DNA of 63,763 bases, filler included, from Octopus bimaculoides (lineage: Eukaryota): assembly GCF_001194135.2 (NCBI RefSeq). It is 5 parts of 5 records of this genome, joined end to end, with 100 filler letters (N's around TTAATTAATTAA, not from the genome) between each part and the next. Parts side by side here need not be neighbours in the genome. Positions count along the whole stretch, not along the records: positions 62,672 to 63,763 come from NC_069007.1; 4 more parts are not named here. One strand, written 5' to 3'. The notes below the pieces were generated by a model. It ran no database searches, was not told the origin of the DNA, and worked only from the letters and a program-made list of their open reading frames with translations. Positions 63,130-63,763 of this stretch are shown piece by piece. Numbering within the stretch: position 1 is the first letter of the stretch; each line of letters begins with the position of its first letter. The position numbers and the translations under genes are program-made.

Positions 63130-63690
63130 TCTTCGTCGTCGTCGTCGTCGTCCGCCTCCTCCTCCTCCTCCTCCTCCTCCTCCTCCTCCTCCTCCTCCAC
63201 CTCTTCCTCCTCCTCACTCCCCCAACACCACCACCCCCAACAACAACACCACCACCACCACCACCTTCTCCTCCTATTCCTCTTTTTCTTCTTATTTCTT
63301 CTCTTCCTCCTCCTCTTCATCGTTATCGACGTTTTGTCGTCGTCACCATCATTATCATCATCATCGTCGTCGTCGTCAATGTCATCATCATAGCCATCAT
63401 AATCATCATCATCATAATCATCATCATCGTCATCATCACCATCGTCATCATCATCATCGTCATCATCACCATCGTTATCATCATCATCGTCATCATCATC
63501 ATCGTCATCATCATCGTTATCGTCGTCGTTGTCATTGTCATTGCCCTCGTCTTCATTTTCGTCATCATCGTCATCATCACCACCAATATCCTGTTCCTCC
63601 CCAGCCTTCCTCATCATCATCATTATCATTATTGTTGTCGTCGCCGTCGTCGTCATCATCATTACCATCATCACCATCATCGTTTTGACG
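63130..63690. repeat. Compound trinucleotide low-complexity tract (CGT/CCT/CAC/CAT)n
   Basis: Directly visible. It produces poly-P/H/S/D ORFs. Confidence 0.9.
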
Positions 63691-63763
63691 TCGATTTTTC
63701 CAAGTTTGTACAGGCCAAGCGGAATTCGTTAGGGGGAAGATTTTCAGCCACCGGATGCTCTTC

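Noticed and set aside
63101-63688. His/Pro-rich and Asp-rich 190-aa ORFs
   Set aside because: Translations of a compound trinucleotide repeat that is open in several frames.

Overview
AT-rich animal genomic DNA from a gapped scaffold, packed with microsatellites and tRNA-derived SINEs. The repeat make-up and the large single-exon C2H2 zinc-finger gene suggest an octopus or other cephalopod (inference, not verified). Three intact protein-coding genes are supported. (1) A ~6.7-kb uninterrupted C2H2 ZNF ORF (6863-13528, +) built from six dispersed 80-aa three-finger modules that all carry the same predicted DNA-contact residues. (2, 3) Two divergently oriented RPL21 paralogues with intronless CDSs (18441-18923 -, 26291-26773 +). 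Their centres are nearly identical and their ends are strongly diverged, which suggests gene conversion. The left copy has a candidate 5'-UTR intron and TOP-like promoter. The rest is transposon debris: mariner, Tc1, maT/DD37D, Tigger, hAT, a Helitron end, RTE, CR1/L2, R4/Dong and Penelope-like fragments, at least four SINE families and several fold-back elements. All alignments and counts were done by eye and repeat boundaries are approximate.
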